A stretch of DNA of 61,735 nucleotides. It comes from Patescibacteria group bacterium (GTDB taxonomy: Bacteria > Patescibacteriota > Patescibacteriia > UBA2196). A program made the position numbers and the translations under genes. Below the pieces are notes generated by a model that worked only from the letters and a program-made list of their open reading frames with translations, had not been told where the DNA came from and did not search any database. Within the stretch, counting starts at the first letter, position 1, and every line of letters begins with the position of its first letter. The stretch covers positions 169,594 to 231,328 of the forward strand of contig DAIUDD010000001.1 in NCBI GenBank assembly GCA_036845805.1, in the 5' to 3' direction. This document shows, in pieces, positions 30,777 to 40,731 of the stretch.

Positions 30777-30815
30777 TTCTTATTCTAAACTAAAATAATA
30801 AATTTATCCAAACAT

Positions 30816-32027
30816 ATGATTAAAATAGCTTTTATTGGCCAAAAGGGAATTCCTGTTTCTCAAGGCGGCGTAGAAACACACGTGGAAGAACTTTCTGTTC
30901 GGCTTGCTAAAATTGGACACGATGTCATTGTTTATACCCGAACCCCTTGGGTACCAAAAGAATATAAAAAATATGAGCAAGTGCACCTAATTAGCCTGCC
31001 CTCTTTAAAGACTAAAAATCTTGATGCTATTACGCACTCTTTTTTAGCTGTTTTCCATGCTATTTTTAAAGAAAAAGTAGATATTATTCATTTTCAAGGT
31101 GTTGGTCCTTCTCTTTTGTCTTGGTTACCAAAAATATTAAGCCGTAAGACAAAAGTGGTTGCCACTGTTCACTCTGCTGATTGGGAACACCAAAAATGGA
31201 GTTTTTTCGCCAAAAACATGCTAAAATTGGGTGCTCGTTTTGCCTGCCTTTTTGCTGATGATGCCATTGCTGTTTCTCGCAGTTTACAAAATTTCTGCCT
31301 CGCCAATTATCGTGGCGCTGCTACCTATATTCCCAATGGTGTCTCTATCCCCGAAAAAAACAATGCACAATCAGAAAAAATTCTTAAAGCTTTCAATCTA
31401 GAAAAAAACAAATATCTCTTAGTAGTTTCTCGTCTTGTTAAACACAAAGGCATTCATTATCTTATTGAAGCTTTTAAAGATATTAAAAGTAACAAAAAAT
31501 TTGCCGCTTACAAGCTGGTAATTGTTGGTTCAACTGCCTTTACCGAAGATTATCAAAAATTTTTATTAACCTTGACGCGCGGCCGCTCCGATATTGTTTT
31601 TACTGGCGTACAAACTGGAGCCAACCTAGACGTCCTGTTTCGTCACTCCTATCTTTATGTTCAACCGTCTGAATCAGAGGGTTTATCAATAGCTATCTTA
31701 GAAGCTATGTCCTATGGTAAAAGTATTTTGGTTTCCAATATTCCAGAAAATTTTGAATTAATTTCTGGTAACACAGAAACTGGAGCTGTTGGCTTCGATT
31801 TTGAAAATAAAAACGTTATCGACTTAACTAAAAAAATAATCCATCTTTTAAACGAGCCTCGATTGGTTCACCAGGTTGGTCTAAAAGCAAAAAACTATGT
31901 TCGTCTTTATTATAACTGGGAAGAAATAACTTACCGAACCGAAAAAATTTATCGTAATATTATCAAAATTAAAGATAAGTTAAAACAAGCCAAATCGCGC
32001 CTCTTGGTTATCGAACAAAAAGCTTAA
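30816..32027 (+). CDS. Glycosyltransferase family 4
   Basis: GQKGIP..GGVETHVEEL, SRLVKHKG, SESEGLSIAILEAMSYG. Confidence 0.92.
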   Translation: MIKIAFIGQKGIPVSQGGVETHVEELSVRLAKIGHDVIVYTRTPWVPKEYKKYEQVHLISLPSLKTKNLDAITHSFLAVFHAIFKEKVDIIHFQGVGPSLLSWLPKILSRKTKVVATVHSADWEHQKWSFFAKNMLKLGARFACLFADDAIAVSRSLQNFCLANYRGAATYIPNGVSIPEKNNAQSEKILKAFNLEKNKYLLVVSRLVKHKGIHYLIEAFKDIKSNKKFAAYKLVIVGSTAFTEDYQKFLLTLTRGRSDIVFTGVQTGANLDVLFRHSYLYVQPSESEGLSIAILEAMSYGKSILVSNIPENFELISGNTETGAVGFDFENKNVIDLTKKIIHLLNEPRLVHQVGLKAKNYVRLYYNWEEITYRTEKIYRNIIKIKDKLKQAKSRLLVIEQKA

Positions 32028-32135
32028 TTTCAACTTAAAAACTCCGTGCTAATAACGGAGTTTTTAAGTATTAGACAAAACAAAAAAATGATGTTAAATT
32101 GGTAGTTGAAGTTATTCTATTTTTAATTACCCAAT

Positions 32136-33176
32136 ATGTTTAAAAATTTACTCGGCAAATTCTCCTATGATCTGGGTATTGATCTAGGCACTTCTAACAC
32201 CTCTGTTTATGTCAAAAGCAAAGGTATTGTTGTTAACGAACCATCGGTCGTAGCTATTAATAACAAAAATCAACAAATTGTAGCTATTGGTGAAGAAGCC
32301 AAAAAAATGATTGGCAAAAATCCCGCCCATATTTCTGTGGTTAGACCCTTAATGGATGGTATTGTTTCTGACTTTGAAGTCACTGAAAAAACATTAAAAT
32401 ATTTTGTTGATCGCGTTCACCGTGAATCTTTTTTATCAGCTCCTCGACCCCGAGTAGTAATCGGCGTTCCTTTGGATATCACTGAAGTAGAAAGAAAAGC
32501 GGTCGAAGATGCTGCTCTTTCTGCCGGTGCCAGAGAAGTTTATATTATTGAAGAACCGCTGGCAGCTGCGATTGGTGCGCGTTTACCAATCACCGAAGCA
32601 ATCGGTAATATGATTATTGATTTTGGTGGCGGCACTACTGAAATCGCCGTTATTTCTTTGTCTGGCGTAGTTAGTTCCAAATCATTAAAAATTGCCGGCT
32701 CGGAATTAGACTGGGATATTATCAATTATGTCCGCGAAAAATATAATCTTTTTGTCGGTGAAAATTCGGCCGAAAACATTAAACACTATATTGGTTCAGC
32801 ATATCCTTTAGCTGAAAAAATGGTTATGGAAATCCGTGGCCGCGATCTTTATACCGGTCTACCACGAGCTATTAAAATAACCGATGAAGAAATCCGCTAT
32901 GCCCTTTCTAAAACCATTAATATTATCGTTGACAATATTAAATCTACTGTTGAAAATACGCCCCCCGATTTGGTTTCCGAAATCTATGAACGCGGCATGG
33001 TTCTGTGTGGTGGCGGCGCCCAATTAAAAGGCATCGAACGTTTAATTTTAAACGAAACAAAAATTCCCACTAAAATAATAGATGATCCCGCCACGGCCGT
33101 TGTCCGCGGCACCGGTATTGTCCTAGAAGATATAGAAAAAATGAAAGATTTGTTAATAAACATTAGTAAAGAATAA
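32136..33176 (+). CDS. mreB: Rod shape-determining protein MreB (mreBCD)
   Basis: GIDLGTSNT, IDFGGGTTE; followed by mreC and mreD. Confidence 0.95.
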   Translation: MFKNLLGKFSYDLGIDLGTSNTSVYVKSKGIVVNEPSVVAINNKNQQIVAIGEEAKKMIGKNPAHISVVRPLMDGIVSDFEVTEKTLKYFVDRVHRESFLSAPRPRVVIGVPLDITEVERKAVEDAALSAGAREVYIIEEPLAAAIGARLPITEAIGNMIIDFGGGTTEIAVISLSGVVSSKSLKIAGSELDWDIINYVREKYNLFVGENSAENIKHYIGSAYPLAEKMVMEIRGRDLYTGLPRAIKITDEEIRYALSKTINIIVDNIKSTVENTPPDLVSEIYERGMVLCGGGAQLKGIERLILNETKIPTKIIDDPATAVVRGTGIVLEDIEKMKDLLINISKE

Positions 33177-33179
33177 AAC

Positions 33180-33986
33180 ATGAAAAAATCTTTATCTAAA
33201 AATTATTTCTTCCAAACGGGTTTAATAGTCATCTTGATTATAATTGCCCATTATTTATCTATCTCAAAGCCTCTGGAAAATCTATTAATTTTTATTAGCT
33301 CTCCTCTTCACAGCCTGGGTTTCGATTGGGGTCATAACGTGGAAAAAAAAATAAACCCCCTGTTCAACAAAGTAAATCTGGCAACCGAAAACGCATCCTT
33401 AAAAAATAAAATTAGTGAGCTAGAAAAACAACTCTCTGATTTAAAAATATTTATTGAAGAACAAAATTTAATTAATGCTCAAAATTCTTATCTTCAAGCA
33501 CAAAAAATTAACTTCGTTAATGCACAAATAATAGCCAAAAGTTATGAAAACAATCCCTTTATTTACCTAATTAACCGTGGTGAAAAAGACGGCATTAAAA
33601 CTGGCATGGCAGTGGTTAACGAAAATGGCGCGGTCATAGGAAAAATTATAAAAACTAATCACAGCCAATCGTTTTTTCTACTCATAATCAGCACCGCCAG
33701 TCGATTAAGTGCTTCTTTGGCTGGTCAAAGCCAAACCTCTGGTATTGTAGCAGGCACTCACAACATTTCATTAGAATTAATCTATTTACTAAAAAACTCT
33801 ATTATTAAAACCCAAGATCTAATTGTCACTTCAGGACAAGATAATTATATTCCACCCGGTTTAATTATTGGGGAAGTAGGAGCTATTGTCGATGAAAAAA
33901 AAGATATTTTTAAAAGTGCCGAAATTGTTTCTCCGGCTAATTTTAAAAACATAAAAACGGTTGCTGTTATTTTAAGTAAAGAATAA
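33180..33986 (+). CDS. mreC: Rod shape-determining protein MreC
   Basis: TM, coiled coil, INRGEKDGIKTGMAV, VTSG..PPGLIIG. Confidence 0.9.
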   Translation: MKKSLSKNYFFQTGLIVILIIIAHYLSISKPLENLLIFISSPLHSLGFDWGHNVEKKINPLFNKVNLATENASLKNKISELEKQLSDLKIFIEEQNLINAQNSYLQAQKINFVNAQIIAKSYENNPFIYLINRGEKDGIKTGMAVVNENGAVIGKIIKTNHSQSFFLLIISTASRLSASLAGQSQTSGIVAGTHNISLELIYLLKNSIIKTQDLIVTSGQDNYIPPGLIIGEVGAIVDEKKDIFKSAEIVSPANFKNIKTVAVILSKE

Positions 33987-33988
33987 AT

Positions 33989-34492
33989 ATGTTAAAAAAA
34001 ATATTATTTAATTTTGCTCTGGCTTTTTTAACTTTTATTTTTAGTCAGATCATCATTGTTATTGATTGGCGTCTTAATCTTTGGCCGGCTTTAATAGCCT
34101 ATTTATTAATGATTTTTGGATTAGAAAAAAGCTTTCTCTGGTCGCTAAGCGCCGGTTTTCTTTTTGGTCTGTTTTCAATTTTTCCTTTTGGCCTACACCT
34201 GATTATCATGTACTTCGTTGTTACTATTTTATATCTGCTGACTAAAAATTTCCTCACCAATCGTTCCTTTATGTCTTTCGTGGTTCTTTCCATAGTTTCC
34301 AGTCTTTGTTTTCAGGGTTTAATATTTCTAAGCGAAAAAACCCTTGTCTCATTTAAGTTGCTAGACAAAATTTTAACATTTAATTTTTATGATCTTTTTA
34401 TTTATTTAATGGCCAATATTATTTTTATAATTATCGCTTTTCTTATTACTCTTAAATTTACTCGCCGTCTATCAGCAAGCGTAATCGAATAA
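33989..34492 (+). CDS. mreD: Rod shape-determining protein MreD
   Basis: Hydrophobic 167 aa ORF after mreC; GFLFGLFS..PFG. Confidence 0.75.
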   Translation: MLKKILFNFALAFLTFIFSQIIIVIDWRLNLWPALIAYLLMIFGLEKSFLWSLSAGFLFGLFSIFPFGLHLIIMYFVVTILYLLTKNFLTNRSFMSFVVLSIVSSLCFQGLIFLSEKTLVSFKLLDKILTFNFYDLFIYLMANIIFIIIAFLITLKFTRRLSASVIE

Positions 34493-34537
34493 AAAACGAG
34501 TTTAAAAACTCGTTTTTTGTTTCTCTTAATCTGTGAT

Positions 34538-35608
34538 ATAATTATTATATTAACCAATATGATATTTAATAATCTTGTTAAAAAAATAGAAAAACAAAAA
34601 CTTATTGGCCGTGGTTGCAATAATTTTCCAGTAGCTGCCAAATGGCAAACCGTTAAAAAATCAGCCAAAGAAAAATTTGTTATTTGCAATGTTTCCGAAT
34701 CAGAACCAGGTGTTTTTAAAGACAAATACATTTTAGAACGTTGGCCCGAACAAGTTATTACCGGCATGGGTTTAGCTATGAAAAACATTGGTGCTACTAA
34801 AGGTTTTATTTATCTTAATCCAGAATACTATCAGCAATTTAATGATTATCTAGTGCCAGAGATCGAAGTCCAAAAATTAAATATAGAAATTTATCAAAAA
34901 CCGCTGCATGATTATATCGGCGGTGAAGAAACCGCGCTTTTAAACGCTCTGGAAGGTCGACGTATAGAACCAAGACTTAAACCACCCTTCCCCACCACTA
35001 ATGGTTTTGAAAATCAACCCACCCTTGTTAATAACTGCGAAACTTTTTATGCTGTCTATCTGATCAGCAAAAACCAATATCAACATACTAGATTTTATTG
35101 TCTCTCCGGCGCCAATTTTAAAGCAGAAGTTAAGGAATTGCCTCTAAAAATCACGGTTAAAAAAATGCTGGAAAATTTTGGTCACAAACCCAACCCTAAA
35201 TATTTTTATCAAGTTGGCGGTGGCGCCGCTGGTTTTTGTTATAATTATCGTCAGCTTAATCGACCTTTTGACGGTATTGCTTCGGTTATAATTCATCAAA
35301 TTGATACGCCAGAAAAAGATTTAATTATACACTGGGCAAATTTTTTTGCCCACGAATCCTGCGGGCAATGTGTGCCTTGCCGCGAAGGCACTTATCGTTT
35401 AAAAATAATTTTAGAAAATTATTATACTAAAGGTATTATGGATCAAAAAATTTTTGATGATCTTATTTTTAGTTTACAAAATACCAGTTTCTGCCCCTTA
35501 GGTAAGATTTCTGCTAATGCTATTTTAAGCTATTGGAGAAATGTTAAAAAACCAATCACCAAAGCCCGAGATACGATTTCCAAACAAAATTTAAATTCCA
35601 AATTATAA
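34538..35608 (+). CDS. NuoF/HydB-like flavin and [4Fe-4S] NAD(H)-binding subunit (minimal)
   Basis: GRG..FP..KW, CNVSESEPG.FKD, YIGGEETALL, KPPFP, ESCGQCVPCREG..CPLG; exact start uncertain (34517-34559). Confidence 0.88.
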   Translation: MIIILTNMIFNNLVKKIEKQKLIGRGCNNFPVAAKWQTVKKSAKEKFVICNVSESEPGVFKDKYILERWPEQVITGMGLAMKNIGATKGFIYLNPEYYQQFNDYLVPEIEVQKLNIEIYQKPLHDYIGGEETALLNALEGRRIEPRLKPPFPTTNGFENQPTLVNNCETFYAVYLISKNQYQHTRFYCLSGANFKAEVKELPLKITVKKMLENFGHKPNPKYFYQVGGGAAGFCYNYRQLNRPFDGIASVIIHQIDTPEKDLIIHWANFFAHESCGQCVPCREGTYRLKIILENYYTKGIMDQKIFDDLIFSLQNTSFCPLGKISANAILSYWRNVKKPITKARDTISKQNLNSKL

Positions 35609-35659
35609 TTACTAAGATATTTTTAATCTTGTGTCTTGGAAATTATTAGTAACTATTTT

Positions 35660-37669
35660 ATGCCTCAAATAAAATTATCTATTAATAATAAAGAATATAC
35701 CGCCGAACTCAACGAAACTATTTTAGATGTCGCTTTACGTGAAAATATTTTTATTGCTCATCTGTGCAAACACCCGGATCTAAAAATCCAAGGCAATTGC
35801 CGTTTATGTCTAGTCGAAATCGATGGCCTTGGCCTCACCACCGCTTGCTCTACATTAGTTAAAGAAGGATTAAAAATAAAAACAGAAAGTCCAAAAATTG
35901 AGCGCGCCCGTAAAACCAATTTAGAATTAATTTTTTCCGAACACATTGAAAAATGCTCCACCTGTCTCTATCAAGACAACTGCGCCATTCTTAAATACGC
36001 GAAAAAATTTAATCTTAATATTGCCCGCTTTCCTGATCGCAAAAAAAATTATCCAGTTTGGCAATTTGGCGATAGTATCCAATTTGACAGTTCCAAGTGT
36101 ATTGATTGCCGCAACTGTGTGGAAGTCTGCCAAAAACAAGCTTGCAATTTCTATGAAATTTCCGAAAGGGGAGTAGAAACAATTGTCAAACCCAAAGGCA
36201 CTGCCTTAATTAATTGTCACCCTAATTCACCAGAAGACGAAGAAGGATCTTGTATAAATAATGCTAATGACGACAATAATATTGTCGATGCACTAAAAAA
36301 TAATTCCGATAAATTCGACTGCACCTATTGTGGTCAATGCGTTGTCCATTGTCCCGTGGGCGCCATTTCCGGCGTACCCCACCTTGGAAGTGTTGAAAAA
36401 CTCTTACAAAATAAAGACGATAAAATTTTAATCGCTGAAATTGCTCCCTCAATTCGCGTTTCTATTGGCGAAGAATTTGGAGTTGAACCTGGTAAAATTA
36501 TGACTGGACAATTGGCCGCCTCAATAAAATCTATGGGTTTTGATTGGGTGTTTGATGTTAATTTGGGTGCTGATTTTACCACTTATGAAGAAGCCAAGGA
36601 ATTGGTTGGCTGGCTTAATTCCGGTAAAAAACGCCCCATGTTCACTTCCTGCTGTCCTGCCTGGGTTAAATTTGTAGAATTTTATTATCCTGAATTTATT
36701 AATCATTTGACCACGGCTAATTCACCACACATGTGTTCTGGTCCAATTATTAAAACCTATTTTGCCAATTATCTTAAGGTCGATCCGCGTGATATTGTGG
36801 TTGTCTCCATCATGCCTTGCACCTCCAAAAAACACGAAATTAATCTTGATACCCACACCATTGATTTGGGTTGGTGCTTAGAAAGATTAAATTTGCCTAA
36901 TTTAAAAACTATTTGTCCGGATAGAAAAAATTTACAAGGCATTAAAATTAAAGCGGTCGATTATGTTTTAACCACTCGCGAATATGCCCATCTTTTGCAT
37001 AAACATAAAATCGATTTACCTAATTTAAAACCGCAAGATTTAGATTTGCCTTTGGGAGTTTATTCTGGTGCCGGCGCAATTTATGGCGCCTCTGGTGGCG
37101 TCATGGAATCAGCCCTAAGGAGCGCGGACTATTTTTTCCGAGTTATGGATGAAGTTGGTTCGCTTGATCCGGTTATTAACGGAGAAAATTATGAATTAAA
37201 AAATAAACGCTTTTCCAAATTAGAACGTTCGCGCGTTGAATTTAAAGAGGTTAGAGGACAAGCAGGCATAAAAAGTGCGGAAATCAAAGTGGGTAATAGA
37301 AAACTAAAAATAGCTGTGGCTAATGGTTTGGGTAATGCGGAAAAAATATTAAAAGATTTAAAAAATAATAAAGTTAATTATGATTATGTAGAAGTTATGG
37401 CTTGCCCCGGTGGTTGTGTTGGCGGTGGTGGACAACCAATTCCTACCAATGCCCAAATACGTGCTAAAAGAGCAGCGGCAGTTTATGAAATTGATAAAAA
37501 TTTACCGATTCGCACGGCGCATGAAAACCCCAGTGTTCTGGAAGTTTATCAAAAATATTTTAAAGGCGACGAAGATTTAATTGAAAAAATTTTACATAGC
37601 AAATTTAAACAACAAGAACGCGAAGGATTTTGTGTCATTTCCAACTCGATTGGGAATCCAGAAAAATAA
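35660..37669 (+). CDS. hydA: [FeFe]-hydrogenase catalytic subunit (group A) with N-terminal FeS domains
   Basis: H-cluster motifs TSCCPAW, MPCTSKKHE, EVMACPGGCVGGGGQP; 2Fe-2S, HxxxCxxCx5C and two CxxCxxCxxxC motifs. Confidence 0.93.
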   Translation: MPQIKLSINNKEYTAELNETILDVALRENIFIAHLCKHPDLKIQGNCRLCLVEIDGLGLTTACSTLVKEGLKIKTESPKIERARKTNLELIFSEHIEKCSTCLYQDNCAILKYAKKFNLNIARFPDRKKNYPVWQFGDSIQFDSSKCIDCRNCVEVCQKQACNFYEISERGVETIVKPKGTALINCHPNSPEDEEGSCINNANDDNNIVDALKNNSDKFDCTYCGQCVVHCPVGAISGVPHLGSVEKLLQNKDDKILIAEIAPSIRVSIGEEFGVEPGKIMTGQLAASIKSMGFDWVFDVNLGADFTTYEEAKELVGWLNSGKKRPMFTSCCPAWVKFVEFYYPEFINHLTTANSPHMCSGPIIKTYFANYLKVDPRDIVVVSIMPCTSKKHEINLDTHTIDLGWCLERLNLPNLKTICPDRKNLQGIKIKAVDYVLTTREYAHLLHKHKIDLPNLKPQDLDLPLGVYSGAGAIYGASGGVMESALRSADYFFRVMDEVGSLDPVINGENYELKNKRFSKLERSRVEFKEVRGQAGIKSAEIKVGNRKLKIAVANGLGNAEKILKDLKNNKVNYDYVEVMACPGGCVGGGGQPIPTNAQIRAKRAAAVYEIDKNLPIRTAHENPSVLEVYQKYFKGDEDLIEKILHSKFKQQEREGFCVISNSIGNPEK

Positions 37670-37809
37670 AAAATAATTACTTTGTCATGCTGATCCCGCA
37701 GTCGCGGGATCAGCATCTCTCTACCACAAGATTAACCGGTGTCTTGAGATCCCCAAACACCTGCCCGCAACGCTCTCGCTTGCAAGGCGAGCGGAAATTC
37801 GGGATGACA
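37633..37809. repeat. Cluster of TGTCAT...ATGACA REP-like palindromic elements with a nested hairpin
   Basis: Left arms at 37633 and 37683; right arm 37746-37809 with an insert at 37759-37794. Confidence 0.75.
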
Positions 37810-37828
37810 AAATTAAAATAATAATCTT

Positions 37829-38071
37829 ATGAACAACAAAACCAAACTCGAAATCTTAAAACAAATCTCTGCTCTCGCTTCAGCCGGCCTAGGCTTAGTG
37901 GCAGCTTTAGCTTGGAACGAAGCCATCCAAACTCTTTTTGCCTCTGTCTTTGGCAAACAATCGGGTTTGATTGCCATGTTTGTCTACGCCATTTTAATTA
38001 CTATTATTGTGGTTATTATTTCCATGCAACTTGGCAAACTTACAGAAAAATTAAAAAATGACGAAAAATAA
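37829..38071 (+). CDS. Small two-TM protein (DUF5654-like)
   Basis: GLGLVAALAWNEAIQ motif. Confidence 0.8.
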   Translation: MNNKTKLEILKQISALASAGLGLVAALAWNEAIQTLFASVFGKQSGLIAMFVYAILITIIVVIISMQLGKLTEKLKNDEK

Positions 38072-39365
38072 AATTTTTGTCAATATGCCATATTTACCTT
38101 CAATCAAATCAGCTAAAAACTTAAAAAATAAAACCGTCTTAGTCAGGTGTGATTTTGATGTACCCATCGACAATACTCAAAACTCAAATAGCAATACACA
38201 AAAAAAGAAAATAAAAATAAAAGACGACTCGCGATTAAAAACCTGTATTCCAACCATAGAATATTTACTTAAAAAACAAGTTAAGCAAATTATTTTAATT
38301 GGCCATCTTGGCCGACCAAAAGGACAAATTGTGCCTGAATTAAGTTTAGCACCAGTAGCCGAACATCTAGAAAAACTTTTAAATTCTTCTTTTTGTCATT
38401 CCCGCGAAAGCGGGAATCCCGTGGCAGACAAACTAAACATTAATTTTATAAAAAATGTAGATAATCTTAATAAAGAGATCCTGAAACAAGTTCAGGATGA
38501 CAAAAAATTGGTGATGATCGAAAATCTCCGCTTTAATCCTGGCGAGGAAAAAAATGATAAAAATTTTGCCAAACAACTCGCTTCACTAGCTGATATTTAT
38601 ATTAATGAATCCTTTGCTAATTCCCATCGTAATTCTGCATCAGTTGCTATTATTAAAAAATATTTACCATCTTATGCTGGTTTAAACTTAGAAGCTGAAA
38701 TGAAAAATCTTACCGCAGTTTTGCAAAAACCCAAAAAACCTTTTGTAGCCATTATTGGCGGCGCCAAAATTGAAACTAAACTGCCGGTTATTAATCAATT
38801 TTTAAAAACAGCTAATTATGTTTTAGTTGGCGGCGCAGTCGCTAATGATTTTTTATTAGCACAAGGAAAGGAAGTGGGGGAATCGCTTGTTGATAAAGAC
38901 TATATTGACGAAGCAAAAAAAATATTAAAGAAATTAAGAAACAAAGAAATAGAGAAATTAAGGGATAAAAAAAATAAAATTAAAAATTACAGATTACAGA
39001 TTACAGATTACGGATTACTTTTACCAACAGATTTTATTTGGCATAAAAACAAAATTTTAGACATTGGTCCAAAGACGATAAAAAAATATTGTGCTATAAT
39101 AAAATCAGCTAAAACCATTGTTTGGAATGGTCCCATGGGTTATTTTGAAGATAAAAAATTTGCTAAAGGCACCAACGAAATTGCCAAAGCAATTTTAAAT
39201 AGTAAAGCTCAAGCTGTTATTGGTGGTGGCGAAACAGGAGAATCTATAAAGTCAAAAGTAAAAAATCAAAAGTCAAAACAAAAGAAAAATATTTTTATAT
39301 CAACCGGTGGTGGCGCCATGTTGGAATTTTTAGGTGGTGAAAAATTACCCGGACTAAAAAAATAA
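38058..39365 (+). CDS. pgk: Phosphoglycerate kinase, with repeat insertions
   Basis: HLGRP, ENLRF, GGAKI..K, WNGPMG.FE, STGGGAMLEFL. Confidence 0.95.
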   Translation: MTKNKIFVNMPYLPSIKSAKNLKNKTVLVRCDFDVPIDNTQNSNSNTQKKKIKIKDDSRLKTCIPTIEYLLKKQVKQIILIGHLGRPKGQIVPELSLAPVAEHLEKLLNSSFCHSRESGNPVADKLNINFIKNVDNLNKEILKQVQDDKKLVMIENLRFNPGEEKNDKNFAKQLASLADIYINESFANSHRNSASVAIIKKYLPSYAGLNLEAEMKNLTAVLQKPKKPFVAIIGGAKIETKLPVINQFLKTANYVLVGGAVANDFLLAQGKEVGESLVDKDYIDEAKKILKKLRNKEIEKLRDKKNKIKNYRLQITDYGLLLPTDFIWHKNKILDIGPKTIKKYCAIIKSAKTIVWNGPMGYFEDKKFAKGTNEIAKAILNSKAQAVIGGGETGESIKSKVKNQKSKQKKNIFISTGGGAMLEFLGGEKLPGLKK

Positions 39366-39374
39366 TAATTTTAT

Positions 39375-40676
39375 ATGAACACTAATATTAAAACTATCAT
39401 TGCTAGAGAAATTTTAGATTCGCGCAGTAATCCCACCATAGAAACAGAAATCACTCTCGACTGTGGACTAAAAGCCAAGGCCTCGGTACCTTCTGGCGCT
39501 TCAACTGGCATTCATGAAGCTTTGGAACTTCGCGATCATAATAAAAAAAGATATCATGGTCAAGGCGTTTTAAAAGCTTGTGAAAATGTTAACAAAAAAA
39601 TCGCCAATTATTTAAAGGGTGGGGAGATTTTTAATCAAGAAAAAATTGACAATTTAATGCTTAAACTAGATGGCACTAAAAACAAAGCCAAACTTGGCGC
39701 CAATGCTATGCTTTCTGTTTCGCTTGCCGTTGCTCGCGCCGCTTCGCTCGCCAAAAATAAAGAATTGTATGAATACTTAAATTCAATTTACACATTACCC
39801 ATTACTCGCTACGCATTACCCACCCCCATGTTCAACATCTTTAATGGCGGCGCTCATGCCGATTCCAATGTTAACATTCAGGAATTTATGATTATTCCTG
39901 CCGGCCTTAAAAAATATTCTGATCAACTACGCGCTGGCTCGGAAATTTTTCATAGCCTTGGAGTTGTTTTGAAAAAAAATAATTTGGACACCGATGTGGG
40001 TAATGAGGGTGGCTATGCCTGTAATGTTAAAAAAACGGAAAAAATTTTTGATTTAATTATGGAAGCGATAAAACTTGCTGGCTATAAAGCCGGCAAAGAA
40101 ATATTTTTAGGTCTTGATGCTGGCGCTTCAGAATTTTATGATAAAAAATCTAAAAAATATAATTTAAAATTAGAGCAAAAAAAAATAAACGCCGAAAAAT
40201 TAATTAATTTATATAATTCTTGGTTAGCCAAATATCCCATAATTTCTCTTGAAGACCCACTAGCCGAAGACGATTTCTCTGGTTGGCAACTCCTTTCTAA
40301 AAAAATTAAAAAATCCAATTACACATTACCCATTACACATTACACATTACTCCTCGTTGGCGACGACCTTTTCACTACCAATACTGAAAGATTAAAAAAT
40401 GGTATAGAAAAAAACTTGGCCAATGCAGTTATTGTCAAACCCAATCAAATCGGCACTCTAACCGAAACTTTTAATTTTATTAAATTAGCTAAAGAAAATA
40501 ATTATAAAATAGTTGTCTCTCATCGCTCTGGCGAAACTAATGACGATTTTATTGCCGATTTAGCAGTTGCTGTCAATGCTGATCTTGTTAAATTTGGCGC
40601 GCCGAGTAGGGGAGAGCGCGTAGCTAAATACAACCGCCTTCTCGCCATTTCCAATGATCCTGAATTTAAAAATTAA
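39375..40676 (+). CDS. eno: Enolase
   Basis: REILDSR.NPT, PSGASTG, VGDDLF, SHRSGET, ERVAKYNRLL. Confidence 0.97.
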   Translation: MNTNIKTIIAREILDSRSNPTIETEITLDCGLKAKASVPSGASTGIHEALELRDHNKKRYHGQGVLKACENVNKKIANYLKGGEIFNQEKIDNLMLKLDGTKNKAKLGANAMLSVSLAVARAASLAKNKELYEYLNSIYTLPITRYALPTPMFNIFNGGAHADSNVNIQEFMIIPAGLKKYSDQLRAGSEIFHSLGVVLKKNNLDTDVGNEGGYACNVKKTEKIFDLIMEAIKLAGYKAGKEIFLGLDAGASEFYDKKSKKYNLKLEQKKINAEKLINLYNSWLAKYPIISLEDPLAEDDFSGWQLLSKKIKKSNYTLPITHYTLLLVGDDLFTTNTERLKNGIEKNLANAVIVKPNQIGTLTETFNFIKLAKENNYKIVVSHRSGETNDDFIADLAVAVNADLVKFGAPSRGERVAKYNRLLAISNDPEFKN

Positions 40677-40731
40677 AAATTTAAAATTATTTTAAAATTT
40701 GTACTTTAAAATTTAAAATTTTAAAAAAAAT

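Noticed and set aside
30602-30815. Replication origin near parAB
   Set aside because: Only one perfect DnaA box with weak variants; no dnaA/dnaN nearby; GC skew not computed
16066-33176. Two mreB copies as a novelty
   Set aside because: MreB paralogs are common; both look intact
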